Assembly (NCBI GenBank): GCA_950097015.1
Contig: CATNEN010000003.1
Span: forward strand, 2,356,001-2,420,000
DNA from: Macrostomum hystrix
Taxonomy: Eukaryota > Animalia > Platyhelminthes
DNA: 64,000 nt
Direction of reading: 5' to 3'
Shown: positions 28,071-40,769 of the stretch, piece after piece
How positions within the stretch are numbered: the first letter of the stretch is position 1
How the letters are laid out: each line of letters starts with the position of its first letter
Program-made: the position numbers and the translations under genes
The notes under the pieces: generated by a model
What the model was told of the DNA's origin: nothing
The model's database searches: none
The model's input: the letters and a program-made list of their open reading frames with translations, nothing else

Positions 28071-28675
28071 CCTACGATAAATCGCTCGAAAAACCTTGAA
28101 TGAATTCCTGAAGCATTCGAAAATAAACCTTACAATTGCTTTACGGAAAATCCCAGACTGTCCCGCAGTCAAGGCACAATGGTGCCTAGAACTAATTTAT
28201 CACATCCCGCATCTAACAATAAGAAGTGTTCAATTATTGAACTTATTGCTTCACTCGCATAGCACATCCAGCCAGTATGAGATGAGTCAAGTGAGACGCA
28301 AGCTATGATCTCTTGTTGCTAGGGCGCCGGAAATGCCAGTAACACTGTCGAAATATTTACAGGCTAGCGTATGCACTGGGTTTTTTCTTTACACATACTC
28401 GTACCTTCCTCTAACTTCGCTAGCCTAGTTACTAAAACGGTGTTACCGACCGTATGTAGGAAATTTAATATACCTTTACATATAGACTCTGAGTCTTTTG
28501 TTGTTATCTTGGTAAGTTTTCTTAGCATGTTAGACTGTCGAATTTGGCCATAGAACTGAATTATTTATAACAGTATCAATTTCAGTTAATGCAATTCACT
28601 GTACTCGTAATGTAATTAATAGGTAGTTTGATATACTTCAAAGTAGTTCAAAGTACAAAATATTACAGACTGATA

Positions 28676-28918
28676 TGAGTAGATCTTGACCCCATTCTGA
28701 GTAGATCTTGACCCCCCTTTCTGAATAGATCTTGACTCCCCTTCTGAGTAGATCTTGATCCCCCCTTCTGAGTAGATCTTGACCCCTTTCTGAGTAGATC
28801 TTGACCCCCTTCTGAGTAGATCTTGACCCCTTTCTGAGTAGATCTTGACACCTTTCTGAGTAGATCTTGATCCCCCCTACTGAGTAGATCTTGACCCCCT
28901 TCTGAGTAGATCAAGACC
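28676..28918. repeat. Minisatellite, ~21-22-bp unit TGAGTAGATCTTGACCCCCTTC
   Basis: Tandem copies. Confidence 0.93.
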
Positions 28919-29547
28919 TCTTCCTAAGAGATTGATTTTTCCATTGATTAATATATTCTAGCCGCAAGTTTGAATAAATAATTTTCCAAGTCAAACTTCA
29001 GTCTAAGCCCGTATGGATCCCAACAGGATCGATTTATAGTGGCCAGAAATCCCTCGCATTGAGAAGTCGGCAGTTTTTGAGCAGTTTACTCTACAATTCG
29101 AGCATCAGATGTTTTTGGCCGGCTTGATAAGAAGGAAAACTAATTGAACCGGCCAGACTAAACCCGAAACTGAAGCGAGGCAATCCTCAGACTGGTCTGT
29201 GTACGCACATGATCATTCCTGTTGCGCAACAGGAGGGAGATGACTGCAGCTGCACCCCCTACCAACCAAACCAACCCGAATCCTCAAATCCCAAATCATT
29301 CTGCGTGCGTCCTTCTTGTAAAATTAGAAACATTTGCTAATACGAAGGATCAAATGAACTGCCTCGAAGAGAATGAGGGATAATTATTCCGTTGATGACG
29401 CAATACATTGTACGGGGGGTAAATCGACTCAAACATTGAGTATATTAGAGGACCTGTTATTATTGAAATTTGTTCATTTTGTTTGTCTAACACCTTTAAT
29501 AACTCAGTGCCCATAAATTTATGGATTCTAATTTTTGAAAAAAATTT

Positions 29548-29840
29548 TACGAAATGTCTTTCTACGAAATGTCTTTCTACGAAATGTCTTTCTACGAAAT
29601 GTCTTTCTACGAAATGTCTTTCTACGAAATGTCTTTCTACGAAATGTCTTTCTACGAAATGTCTTTCTACGAAATGTCTTTCTACGAAATGTCTTTCTAC
29701 GAAATGTCTTTCTACGAAATGTCTTTCTACGAAATATCTTTCTACGAAATGTCTTTCTACGAAATGTCTTTCTACGAAATGTCTTTCTACGAAATGTCAT
29801 TCTACAAAATAATTTTCTACAAAACGTTTTTCTACAGAAA
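29548..29840. repeat. Minisatellite, 15-bp unit ACGAAATGTCTTTCT
   Basis: Tandem copies. Confidence 0.95.
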
Positions 29841-30729
29841 TATTCGCTACAATGTGTGTTTTACGGTAATGTATTTAGAGAATTTCCGTAATATATCTTT
29901 CTAAGAAATGCTTTTCTGGGGAGATCACTTGGAAAGTTGGAATGTGCCACTAAAAATGTCACTGTTGCTGTCCATTCCGAGTTCTCCGAGTTCTTTAGTA
30001 GGCCTAAATATTAGGCTCTTATATACCTTTTAAAGAATTTTGTCACCTTTTCGATTCAAACTGCATATTCTTCGCAAACTAATCAGTGAAAGTGTGAGTG
30101 GAAGCGAAACGAAAACAACTTGGCTTCTGACGCTTTCAAAATCGGCTAAAACATTGAGGATCAAATGACAAGACCATTTCTGTTTTATACCCTCTTCCCA
30201 AAAAAGCTCTGTGCTACATACCTCCAGGGAGTTTTCAGGACTTGATCAGTGCTGTTACATCAGCAATCTATAGCTATTCCTAAGCGTCACACGACACTTT
30301 CCTAATCCAAAAACTTTTTATAGACACATCATAATCGTGCTCAAAGAGAGCTTTTTGTGAGAGGGGGAGTTTGAGTAGCTTTCACCATCAGAGGAGCAGA
30401 AAAGTGAATTGAAAAATATCTATATAATACACAGTTCTAAATAGATACACGAGCTATGAGTTACGTCACAGACTGAAGATTACGTCAAAGATTATCCTGC
30501 GACTAATTGTCTAATTATCCGAGTGGTACTAGGGCCCCACTGATGGATTGTGTGCGTGGGGTTGTGGTGAATATCACTTCAAAAATTGAAAATAAAACAG
30601 TTCTGACCTCATAACCCTGATCCCAGATATAGTTAGAATTCGCTAATGCCCTCGCCTGTGCTCATGTGAGTTCTAATCACTTTTAGGGTCATTTTAAATC
30701 CGAAATTCATGAACTCAACAACAAAAAAT

Positions 30730-31962
30730 TTCAAGAAACAGCGTAACTCAAGAAACTGCTGAACTGAAGAAACGGCTCAACTCAAGAAACTGCTCTACTA
30801 CTACTACTACTAATAATAATAATAATAATTGATTACACCTGCCCCAATTGGGCCGGACGTGCAGCCGACAGCACGTCCGCAGCTATTGTGCGGCGCATCT
30901 GAAGGCTGCGTACAGCTGTTCAGTCCATGGACTGGGGGGACGCCACACCCACCTTCAATTATCCCAGCTGATGCTGGTACCCATTTAACAGCTGGGTGAA
31001 CTGAAGCAATGCAGAGTTAAGTGTCTTGCTAAAGGGCACAAATTGTTCCAGTGGAGTCGGGAATCGAACCCCCGACCTTCAAGTCGTGAGTCCGACGTCT
31101 TAACCACTAGGCTACAACCTCTTTATATTACACCTCTTTATATCTTTATATTTATTTACACTATGCTCTACTAAAGAAACTGCTCAACTCAGGAAGCGGC
31201 TTAACTTAAGAAACTGCTCAACTTATGAAACTGCTCAACTCAAGAAAATGTTCATTTCAAGAAACTGCTCAACACAGGAAGCTGCTCAACTCAAGAAACT
31301 GCTTAACTCAAGAAACTGCTCAACTCAAGAAACTGCTCTACTGAAGAAACTGCTCAACTCAAGAAACTGCTCAACTCAAGAAACTGCTCTACTGAAGAAA
31401 CTGCTCAACTCAAGAAATAGCTTAACTGAAGAAACTGCTTAACTCAAGAAACTGCTCAACTCAAGAAACTGCTCAAATGAAGAAACTGCTCTACTGAAGA
31501 AACTGCTCAATTCAAGAAACTGCTCTACTGAAGAAACTGCTCAACTCAAGAAACTGCTCTACTGAAGAAACTGCTCAACTCAAGAAATAGCTTAACTGAA
31601 GAAACTGCTTAACTCAAGAAACTGCTCAACTCAAGAAACTGCTCAAATGAAGAAACTGCTCTACTGAAGAAACTGCTCAACTCAAGAAACTGCTCTACTG
31701 AAGAAACTGCTCAACTCAAGAAATAGCTTAACTGAAGAAACTGCTTAACTCAAGAAACTGCTCAACTCGAGAAACTGCTCAAATGAAGAAACTGCTCTAC
31801 TGAAGAAACTGCTCAACTCAAGAAACTGCTCTACTGAAGAAACTGCTCAACTCAAGAAATAGCTTAACTGAAGAAACTGCTTAACTCAAGAAACTGCTCA
31901 ACTCAATACACTGCTCAACTCGAGAAACTGCTCAACTTAACAAACTGCTCAATTCAAGAAAC
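30730..31962. repeat. Minisatellite, 17-bp unit CAAGAAACTGCTCAACT, interrupted by a SINE
   Basis: Units occur on both sides of the SINE at 30801-31163. Confidence 0.93.
30801..31121 (-). mobile_element. Full-length tRNA-derived CORE-SINE-like element (family A)
   Basis: A box TAGCCTAGTGG and B box GGTTCGATTCC. Central GTGCCCTTTAGCAAGACACTTAACTCTGCATTGCTTCAGTTCACCCAGCTGTTAAATGGG resembles the MIR/CORE domain. (ATT)n(AGT)n tail. Candidate TSD TGCTCTACTA at 30791-30800 and 31164-31173. Confidence 0.88.
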
Positions 31963-32651
31963 TAGGTATAATGCGAGTATAGAGTAGATATAATATACAG
32001 TTGAGCATAATGGGAGAATAGGCTGCTAGAGTTAAATAGTTTGAGTCGATTTGAGCACATATTATCTGGCCACATTAATACTATATAATTTTGACACAAT
32101 CAACCGTTAGAGACGGTTTTAACAGGGAGCAATGAGAATAATCTTCCCTCCAATATATTTATGCGGTTGTGGATAAGTTTTTCAAAGGCAAATAGATCTC
32201 AAAGCCCACAGAACAGGCCCAGGGGATGAGGGGTGAGCAGGCAGGTACGTAAAGCTCATGAATTGTTAACGCCGGCGGGCGGGTTTTAGGCTAGTTCCAT
32301 AGTTCTATAATAATGAACAGTGATGAGAAATACCCAGAGGTAGCAAATGAGACTAAGGAGTTGATGGAGTGTTGGCTGGTGTCAGGCTGGTTTAGTTGAC
32401 TCCTTCATGATCGTATCAGCTGTGTTTCTAACACTAGAGAGATAGGGTCATCAGGGGTTTGGTTAATGAAACAAAAAGATAATTTTTGCCATTGGCGCGA
32501 TTATAGAAGAATAAAAAAATCTAATTTTCGATATTAATTAGCTGATTAAATGAAAGATGGCTATAAAAAAGCGTGTGGAGAAATAAATTCAAGAGGAATG
32601 TATGCACAACAATGCGTTTTACATTTGAAAAAATGCCTGTAATTCCTATCG

Positions 32652-34360
32652 TGAGATACCTGTGTCTGAGAGATACCTGTCGCTGTGAGTTACCTGTGTC
32701 TGAGAGATACCTGTGTCTGTGAGATACCTGTGTCTGTGAGATACCTGTGTCTGTGAGATACCTGTGTCTGTGAGATACCTGTTTGTCTGTGAGATACCTG
32801 TGTCTGTGAGATACCTGTGTCTGTGAGATACCTGTCGCTGTGAGTTACCTGTGTCTGAGAGATACCTGTGTCTGTGAGATACCTGTTTGTCTGTGAGATA
32901 CCTGTGTCTGTGAGATACCTGTGTCTGTGAGATACCTGTGTCTGCGAGATATCTGTTTGTCTGTGAGATACCTGTTTGTCTGTGAGATACCTGTGTCTGA
33001 GAGATACCTGTCGCTGTGAGTTACCTGTGTCTGTGAGATACCTGTGTCTGTGAGATACCTGTGTCTGTGAGATACCTGTTTGTCTGTGAGATACCTGTGT
33101 CTGTGAGATACCTGTGTCTGTGAGATACCTGTTTGTCTGTGAGATACCTGTGTCTGTGAGATACCTGTTTGTCTGTGAGCTACCTGTGTCTGTGAGATAC
33201 CTGTTTGTCTGTGAGATACCTGTGTCTGTGAGATACCTGTGTCTGTGAGATACCTGTTTGTCAGTGAGATACCTGTTTGTCAGTGAGATACCTGTGTCTG
33301 TGAGATACCTGTGTCTGTGAGATACCTGTGTCTGTGAGATACCTGTGTCTGTGAGATACCTGTGTCTGTGAGATACCTGTGTCTGTGAGATACCTGTGTC
33401 TGTGAGATACCTGTGTCTGTGAGATACCTGTGTCTGTGAGATACCTGTGTCTGTGAGATACCTGTTTGTCTGTGAGATACCTGTGTCTGTGAGATACCTG
33501 TGTCTGTGAGATACCTGTGTCTGTGAGATACCTGTGTCTGTGAGATACCTGTGTCTTTGAGATACCTGTGTCTGTGAGATACCTGTGTCTGTGAGATACC
33601 TGTTTGTCTGTGAGATACCTGTGTCTGTGAGATACCTGTGTCTGTGAGATACCTGTGTCTGTGAGATACCTGTGTCTGAGAGATACCTGTGTCTGTGAGA
33701 TACCTGCTTGTCTGTGAGATACCTGTGTCTGTGAGATACCTGTGTCTGTGAGATACCTGTGTCTGTGAGATACCTGTGTCTATGAGATACCTGTGTCTGT
33801 GAGATACCTGTGTCTGTGAGATACCTGTGTCTATGAGATACCTGTGTCTGTGAGATACCTGTGTCTGTGAGATACCTGTGTCTGTGAGATACCTGTGTCT
33901 GTGAGATACCTGTGTCTGTGAGATACCTGTGTCTGTGAGATACCTGTGTCTGTGAGATACCTGTGTCTGTGAGATACCTGTGTCTGTGAGATACCTGTGT
34001 CTGTGAGATACCTGTGTCTGTGAGATACCTGTTTGTCTGTGAGATACCTGTGTCTGTGAGATACCTGTGTCTGTGAGATACCTGTGTCTGTGAGATACCT
34101 GTGTCTGTGAGATACCTGTGTCTTTGAGATACCTGTGTCTGTGAGATACCTGTGTCTGTGAGATACCTGTTTGTCTGTGAGATACCTGTATCTGTGAGAT
34201 ACCTGTGTCTGTGAGATACCTGTGTCTGTGAGATACCTGTGTCTGAGAGATACCTGTGTCTGTGAGATACCTGCTTGTCTGTGAGATACCTGTGTCTGTG
34301 AGATACCTGTGTCTGTGAGATACCTGTGTCTGTGAGATACCTGTGTCTGTAAGATGTCTG
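32652..34360. repeat. Minisatellite, 17-bp unit GTGAGATACCTGTGTCT with 21-bp variant
   Basis: Tandem copies; same family at 36977-37710. Confidence 0.97.
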
Positions 34361-34789
34361 TTAAATTATTTCCTAAATAACTAAGCTAGAGTTTTTAGAA
34401 AATTTTTTAATTCTAATTTAAAAAGTCAGTTAAAATAAAATCTACCAAACGAGTATTTTATCATGAAAAAATGGAACAATTTTTTTTTCATCATAAAGAG
34501 CCACTTAATAAAATGATTTTTTATATCAGAGGCTTCACTCCCTTTGTGACCTCTCACCTCTCGCGTATTTCCTTTGGGGATAGAATAAATGCTTTTAAAA
34601 AAATTCCCCTCTCCATAATAGAGAAAAAAACATTTGAGTGATAGCTTGAGGTTCATAGTTCCCATCATATATGCATTGGCAATGACTGAGTGATGAGTGC
34701 CATATGCCAAATTTGACACTTCAGGAATGTGAGGGCTGAAATTTAAAAGTTGCTTTTAAATAATTGTAACTGACCTGTTGGAATCTTTC

Positions 34790-36460
34790 TGTGGGCTCAT
34801 CGACCTTTTAGGACAGTTTTTGGTGGGGTCATTGACCTTTTAGGACAGTTTTTGGTGGGGTCATTAACCCGTTAGGACAGTTTTTGGTGTGGTCATTGAC
34901 CCTCAGGACTGTTATGGTGGGGTCATTGACCTTTCAGGACTGTTATGGTGGGGTCATTGACCTTTCAGGACTGTTATGGTGGGGTCATTGACCTTTCAGG
35001 ATTGTTTTGGTGGGGTCATTGACCTTTCAGGACTGTTTTTGGTGAGGTCATTGACCTTTAGGACTGTTTTTGTGGGGTCATTGACCCGTTAGGACAGTTT
35101 TTGGTGTGGTCATTGACCCTCAGGACTGTTATGGTGGGGTCATTGACCTTTCAGGACTGTTATGGTGGGGTCATTGACCTTTCAGGACTGTTATGGTGGG
35201 GTCATTGACCTTTCAGGATTGTTTTGGTGGGGTCATTGACCTTTCAGGACTGTTTTTGGTGGGGTCATTAACCCGTTAGGACAGTTTTTGGTGTGGTCAT
35301 TGACCCTCAGGACTGTTATGGTGGGGTCATTGACCTTTCAGGACTGTTATGGTGGGGTCATTGACCTTTCAGGACTGTTATGGTGGGGTCATTGACCTTT
35401 CAGGATTGTTTTGGTGGGGTCATTGACCTTTCAGGACTGTTTTTGGTGAGGTCATTGACCTTTAGGACTGTTTTTGTGGGGTCATTGACCCGTTAGGACA
35501 GTTTTTGGTGTGGTCATTGACCCTCAGGACTGTTATGGTGGGGTCATTGACCTTTCAGGACTGTTATGGTGGGGTCATTGACCTTTCAGGATTGTTTTGG
35601 TGGGGTCATTGACCTTTCAGGACTGTTTTTGGTGAGGTCATTGACCTTTAGGACTGTTTTTGTGGGGTCATTGACCCGTTAGGACAGTTTTTGGTGTGGT
35701 CATTGACCCTCAGGACTGTTATGGTGGGGTCATTGACCTTTCAGGACTGTTTTTGGTGGGTTCATTGACCTTTCAGGACTGTTTTTGGTGGGGTCATTAA
35801 CCCGTTAGGACAGTTTTTGGTGTGGTCATTGACCCTCAGGACTGTTATGGTGGGGTAATTGACCTTTCAGGACTGTTTTTGGTGAGGTCATTGACCTTTA
35901 GGACTGTTTTTGTGGGGTCATTGACCCTTTAGGACTGTTTTTGGTGAGGTCATTGACCTTTCAGGACTGTTTTTGGTGGGGTCATTGACCCTTCAGGACT
36001 GTTATGGTGGGGTCATTGACCTTTCAGGATTGTTTTGGTGGGGTCATTGACCCTTCAGGACTGTTTTTGTGGGGTCATTGACCTTTCAGGATTGTTTTGG
36101 TGGGGTCATTGACCCTTCAGGACTGTTTTTGTGGGGTCATTGACCTTTCAGGACTGTTTTTGGTGGGGTCATTGACCCTTCAGGACTGTTTTTGTGGGGT
36201 CATTGACCTTTCAGGACTGTTTTTGGTGGGGTCATTAACCCGTTAGGACAGTTTTTGGTGTGGTCATTAACCCTTCAGGACTGTTATGGTGGGGTCATTG
36301 ATATTTTAGGACTGTTATGGTGGGGTCATTGACCTTTCAGGATTGTTTTGGCGGGGTCATTGACCCTTCAGGACTGTTTTTGTGGGGTCATTGACCCTTT
36401 AGTATTGTTTCGCGAGGTCATTGACCTTTTAAGTCCTTCGTGGGGTCATCGACCCTTCTA
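34790..36460. repeat. Minisatellite, ~31-bp unit GGTGGGGTCATTGACCTTTCAGGACTGTTAT
   Basis: Tandem copies, each with the palindrome GGTCA-T-TGACC. Confidence 0.97.
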
Positions 36461-36976
36461 TGACTATTTGGTATCATATACTTTTTAGGAAAGTTTTTTG
36501 GGATCATTGTTGCACTAAAATGACTTTGGGACATTGGCTGGTGATAATTTTGAAAGTGTCAGTATCTGCAATGATAGATCATTGCTATTCTCTAGTGAGC
36601 ACAGCAGGAGTTAAACATTTCCTATCCGCAAAATGTTTGTGTAAACGATGGTCAACAGAAATGAATATGCAAAATATGGATTAAAATGTAAAACATTTGA
36701 ATTTTCGAAGTGTAAATCTAATTTAAAAGGCAAATCGAGACGAAAAGATTATCATTATCAGCGAGAACTGCCCGTTCTATGCCTCTTTGGGAATTAAAAT
36801 GCCCGGAATTTGATTTAATTATGCCATTGAGGAATTTCAGCGTCTAGGAAAAGGCAGGAAGTTAAAAAAAATAATTTTTCCCCACGAATTTTTTAATCTG
36901 AATTCCACTTCCCAGCATTGACAACGCTTTCTTGAAAAAATCCTTTTGTTACCTGCTGTCATGTCTGCCATGACAT

Positions 36977-37710
36977 GTGAGATACCTGTTTGTCTGTAAG
37001 ATACCTGTTTGTCTGTGAGATACCTGTGTCTGTGAGATACCTGTGTCTGTGAGATACCTGCTTGTCTGTGAGATACCTGTGTCTGTGAGATACCTGTTTG
37101 TCTGTGAGATATCTGTTTGTCTGTGAGATACCTGTTTGTCTGTGAGATACCTGTGTCTGTGAAATATCAGTTTGTCTGGGAGATATCTGTTTGTGAGATA
37201 CCTGTGTCTGTGAGATATCTGTTTGTCTGTAAGATACCTGTGTCTGTGAGATACCTGTTTGTCTGTGAGATACCTGTGTCTGTGAGATACCTGTTTGTCT
37301 GTAAGATACCTGTGTCTGTGAGATACCTGTTTGTCTGTAAGATACCTGTGTCTGTGAGATACCTGTTTGTCTGTGAGATACCTGTGTCTGTGAGATACCT
37401 GTTTGTCTGTAAGATACCTGTGTCTGTGAGATATCTGTTTGTCTGTAAGATACCTGTGTCTGTGAGATACCTGTTTGTCTGTGAGATACCTGTGTCTGTG
37501 AGATACCTGTGTCTGTGAGATACCTGTGTCTGTGAGATACCTGTGTCTGTGAGATACCTGTTTGTCTGTAAGATACATGTGTCTGTGAGATACCTGTGTC
37601 TGTAAGATACCTGTGTCTGTGAGATACCTGTTTGTCTGTGAGATACCTGTTTGTCTGTGAGATACCTGTGTCTGTGAGATATCTGTTTGTCTGTGAGAAC
37701 CTGTGTCTGC
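36977..37710. repeat. Minisatellite, GTGAGATACCTGT(TT)GTCT family
   Basis: Tandem copies, often alternating 17- and 21-bp units. Confidence 0.96.
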
Positions 37711-38109
37711 AAAGGCAATATTTTGATTATTTGGTTCTTTTAAAGTGAATTTCTGTCGCCTCTCCAGTAAAAGTTTAGGTAATTTTAGTTATATGCGTGT
37801 GTTTTTATATAGGCTGAAATATGTGATAACTAAAGGCTAAGAATGCAGTGATTGCTTTGTCCATCAGTAATAGAGTTTTCCTCATCGCTAAAACCCAGAA
37901 CGAGGTCGCCTTCTGCTGCCCAAAGTAAAAAATCCTACTTAATATTCTTCCTATCCTAGAGATCTTCGGTTGAAATCACATAATCACGGAATTTCCAACT
38001 TAATTATTTTTGTTTATTTTGCATTGTGACATTTTTTTATTTGAAAACATAAATAAAAATATTTACGAATGTAGAGTATTGCCCGATCGAAAGAAAAACA
38101 CTAGCTAGG

Positions 38110-39072
38110 ACAGATCGATATTTTGAAGCTAGAACTATAAGCTACCAATCGATATTTGAAATCAGCAATGAATACGATCGATATTTACAATATAGAAATA
38201 AAACCGATCGATATTTAAATCTAAGAGTCACAACCGATCGATATTTAAAACTACGAATCACAACGAATCGATATTTAAATCTAAGAGTCACAACCGATCG
38301 ATATTTAAATCTAAAAGTCACAACCGATCGATATTTAAAACTACGAATCACTACGGATCGATATTTAAAACTACGAATCACAACCGATCGATATTTAAAA
38401 CGAAGAATCGCAACTGATCGATATTTAAGGCTAAGAATCATAACCGATCGATATTTAACACTAATAGTCACAACCGATCGATATTTAAAACGAAGAATCG
38501 CAACCGATCGATATTTAAGGCTAAGAATCATAACCGATCGATATTTAACACTAATAATCACAACCGATCGATATTTAAAACGAAGAGTCACAACCGATCG
38601 ATACTTAAAACTAAGAATCACAACCGATCGATTTTTACGAGCTAAAACGAAGAGTCACAGAAGATCGATATTTAACTCTAATAATCACAACCGATCGATA
38701 TTTAAAACGAAGAATCGCAACCGATCGATATTTAAGGCTAAGAATCATAACCGATCGATATTTAAATCTAAAAGTCACAACCGATCGATATTTAAAACTA
38801 CGAATCACAACCGATCGATATTTAACACGTAGAGTCACAACTGATCAATATTTAAAACGAAGAATCGCAACCGATCGATATTTAAAGCTAAGAATCATAA
38901 CCGATCGATATTAAACACTAATAATCACAACCGATCGATATTTAAAAAGAAGAGTCACAACCGATCGATATTTAAAACTACGAATCACAACCGATCGATA
39001 TTTAAAACGAAGAGTCACAACCGATCGATACTTTAAACTAAGAATCACAACCGATCGATATTTAAAACTAAG
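38110..39072. repeat. Minisatellite, 30-bp unit ACCGATCGATATTTAAAACTACGAATCACA
   Basis: Tandem copies with an invariant CGATCGATA core. Confidence 0.96.
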
Positions 39073-39684
39073 AGTCTGTCTCAAATGTTGGTATTCGTAG
39101 AAGTTTGTGCTGCTGTCTATCTGACGTGTGTCACGTGTGTCCCCAGGAATACCGGTCACTGTTCAGTGCTGTTTTATCGGGTCATTTATGGCCGCTAGCA
39201 GTTTTATTCGGTCTTGCCTGACCGGCGAGATACGAGAGACAACTGCTTCTTTTTTTAAATCAAGCAAAAACACATGCAGAGGCCACAGTGAAATAATCGA
39301 ATTCTGGGCCCGCTAATTTCGCGATATCAAGTCATCCAAGCGTTCGGTTTGTTAAGCTCCCATTGCTCCAGGGACGCCCTGTGTCCCTAGGCGCGGGGCC
39401 TCACGAATCGTGTTTTTTGTCAATTTGACTGCTGTTTTTTTGTTCCGCATAATTCTCAAAGAGATAGCCATGTGTTGGTGTGAGTGTGTTTTCAGGCTGT
39501 TTTTTTTCGGGGACGTTTTTGAGTTCCACTTTAACCCCCTTGTAGTTAAATTAGCAGCAGCAGAGCCGTATCCATGTGACACTAAACTAACAACCTGCGA
39601 AGCTGGGACTGGGACCGCTTGGTTGGAAAATCTAATTAACCATCTGTTGGCTTCTGTTTTAGCTCTGCAGACACCGACGGGAAA

Positions 39685-40152
39685 CAGGGAGAGACAGGGA
39701 GAGACAGGAAGAGAGACAGAGGGAGAGACAGAGGGAGAGAGACAGAGGGAGAGACAGAGGGAGGGAGACAGAGGGAGAGAGACATAGGGACAGAGGCAGG
39801 AAAAGAGACAGACGGAGAGAGACAGGGAGAGAGACAGAGGGAGAGAGACAGAGGGAGAGACGGAGGGAGAGAGACAGAGGGAGAGAGACAGAGGGAGAGA
39901 GACAGGGAGAGAGACAAGGAGAGAGACAGAGGGAAAGAGACAGGGAGAGAGACAGGGAGAGAGACAGGGAGAGAGAGACAGAGGGAGAGAGACAGGGAGA
40001 GAGACAGAGGGAGAGAGACAGGGAGAGAGACAGAGGGAGAGAGACAGGGAGAGAGACAAGGAGAGAGACAGAGGGAGAGAGACAGGGAGAGACAGGGGGA
40101 AAGAGACAGGGAGAGAGACAGGGAGAGAGACAGGGAGAGAGAGACAGAGGGA
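39685..40152. repeat. GA-rich repeat (GAGACAGAGG/GAGACAGG)
   Basis: Low-complexity purine tract. Confidence 0.93.
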
Positions 40153-40769
40153 GTGAGTCACATTGGGGATTATATTATTTCTGTAGGGATTTTTAGTTTA
40201 TTCAGACAGTGTAAAATGTGTATGCATTGCCTTTGACTCAAACTTAAGTCTAACTTAACTGAGAATGTAAAAATTCAAAGAGATATAGGTACAACGCAGG
40301 TACAACGCAGGTACAACATCTCTTAAGCTAGTTGCAGCCAGGTAGGTCATTGAATTACAATTTATACTTCTGGAAATTGTGGCAAAGGAAACTAAAAATA
40401 AAAGTACAGATTAGTCAACACACTAGAATATTACTGCTTGCAGCTCACAATACTTTGTACCCGCCAATCGATTAGATATAAACTTCGTTTTTTTATAATC
40501 TATTTACTCACCTGTTAATTTAATCGTTCTATTAATCTGTTAAGGTAATTATACGAGGTAGGTAGGTAGGTAGTGTAAACATAGTCATGACCCCCTGTAA
40601 TAATGCAATTAAATCAGTTTTGCTATGTGACATTTCTGCTCAGGAAAAAATGTAAACTTTTTTTTCAAGTATCCGAATATTTTAACTAATTGCTTAGTCT
40701 AAAATTAGACTAGGCAAAAATTTAGGATTGACTGATCAATCTCTAGATTCACAACAGATAGTTTTTTAA

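Noticed and set aside
39352-40161. 269-aa minus-strand ORF
   Set aside because: More than half is a GA/CT repeat and the remainder has no recognisable domain or splice support.
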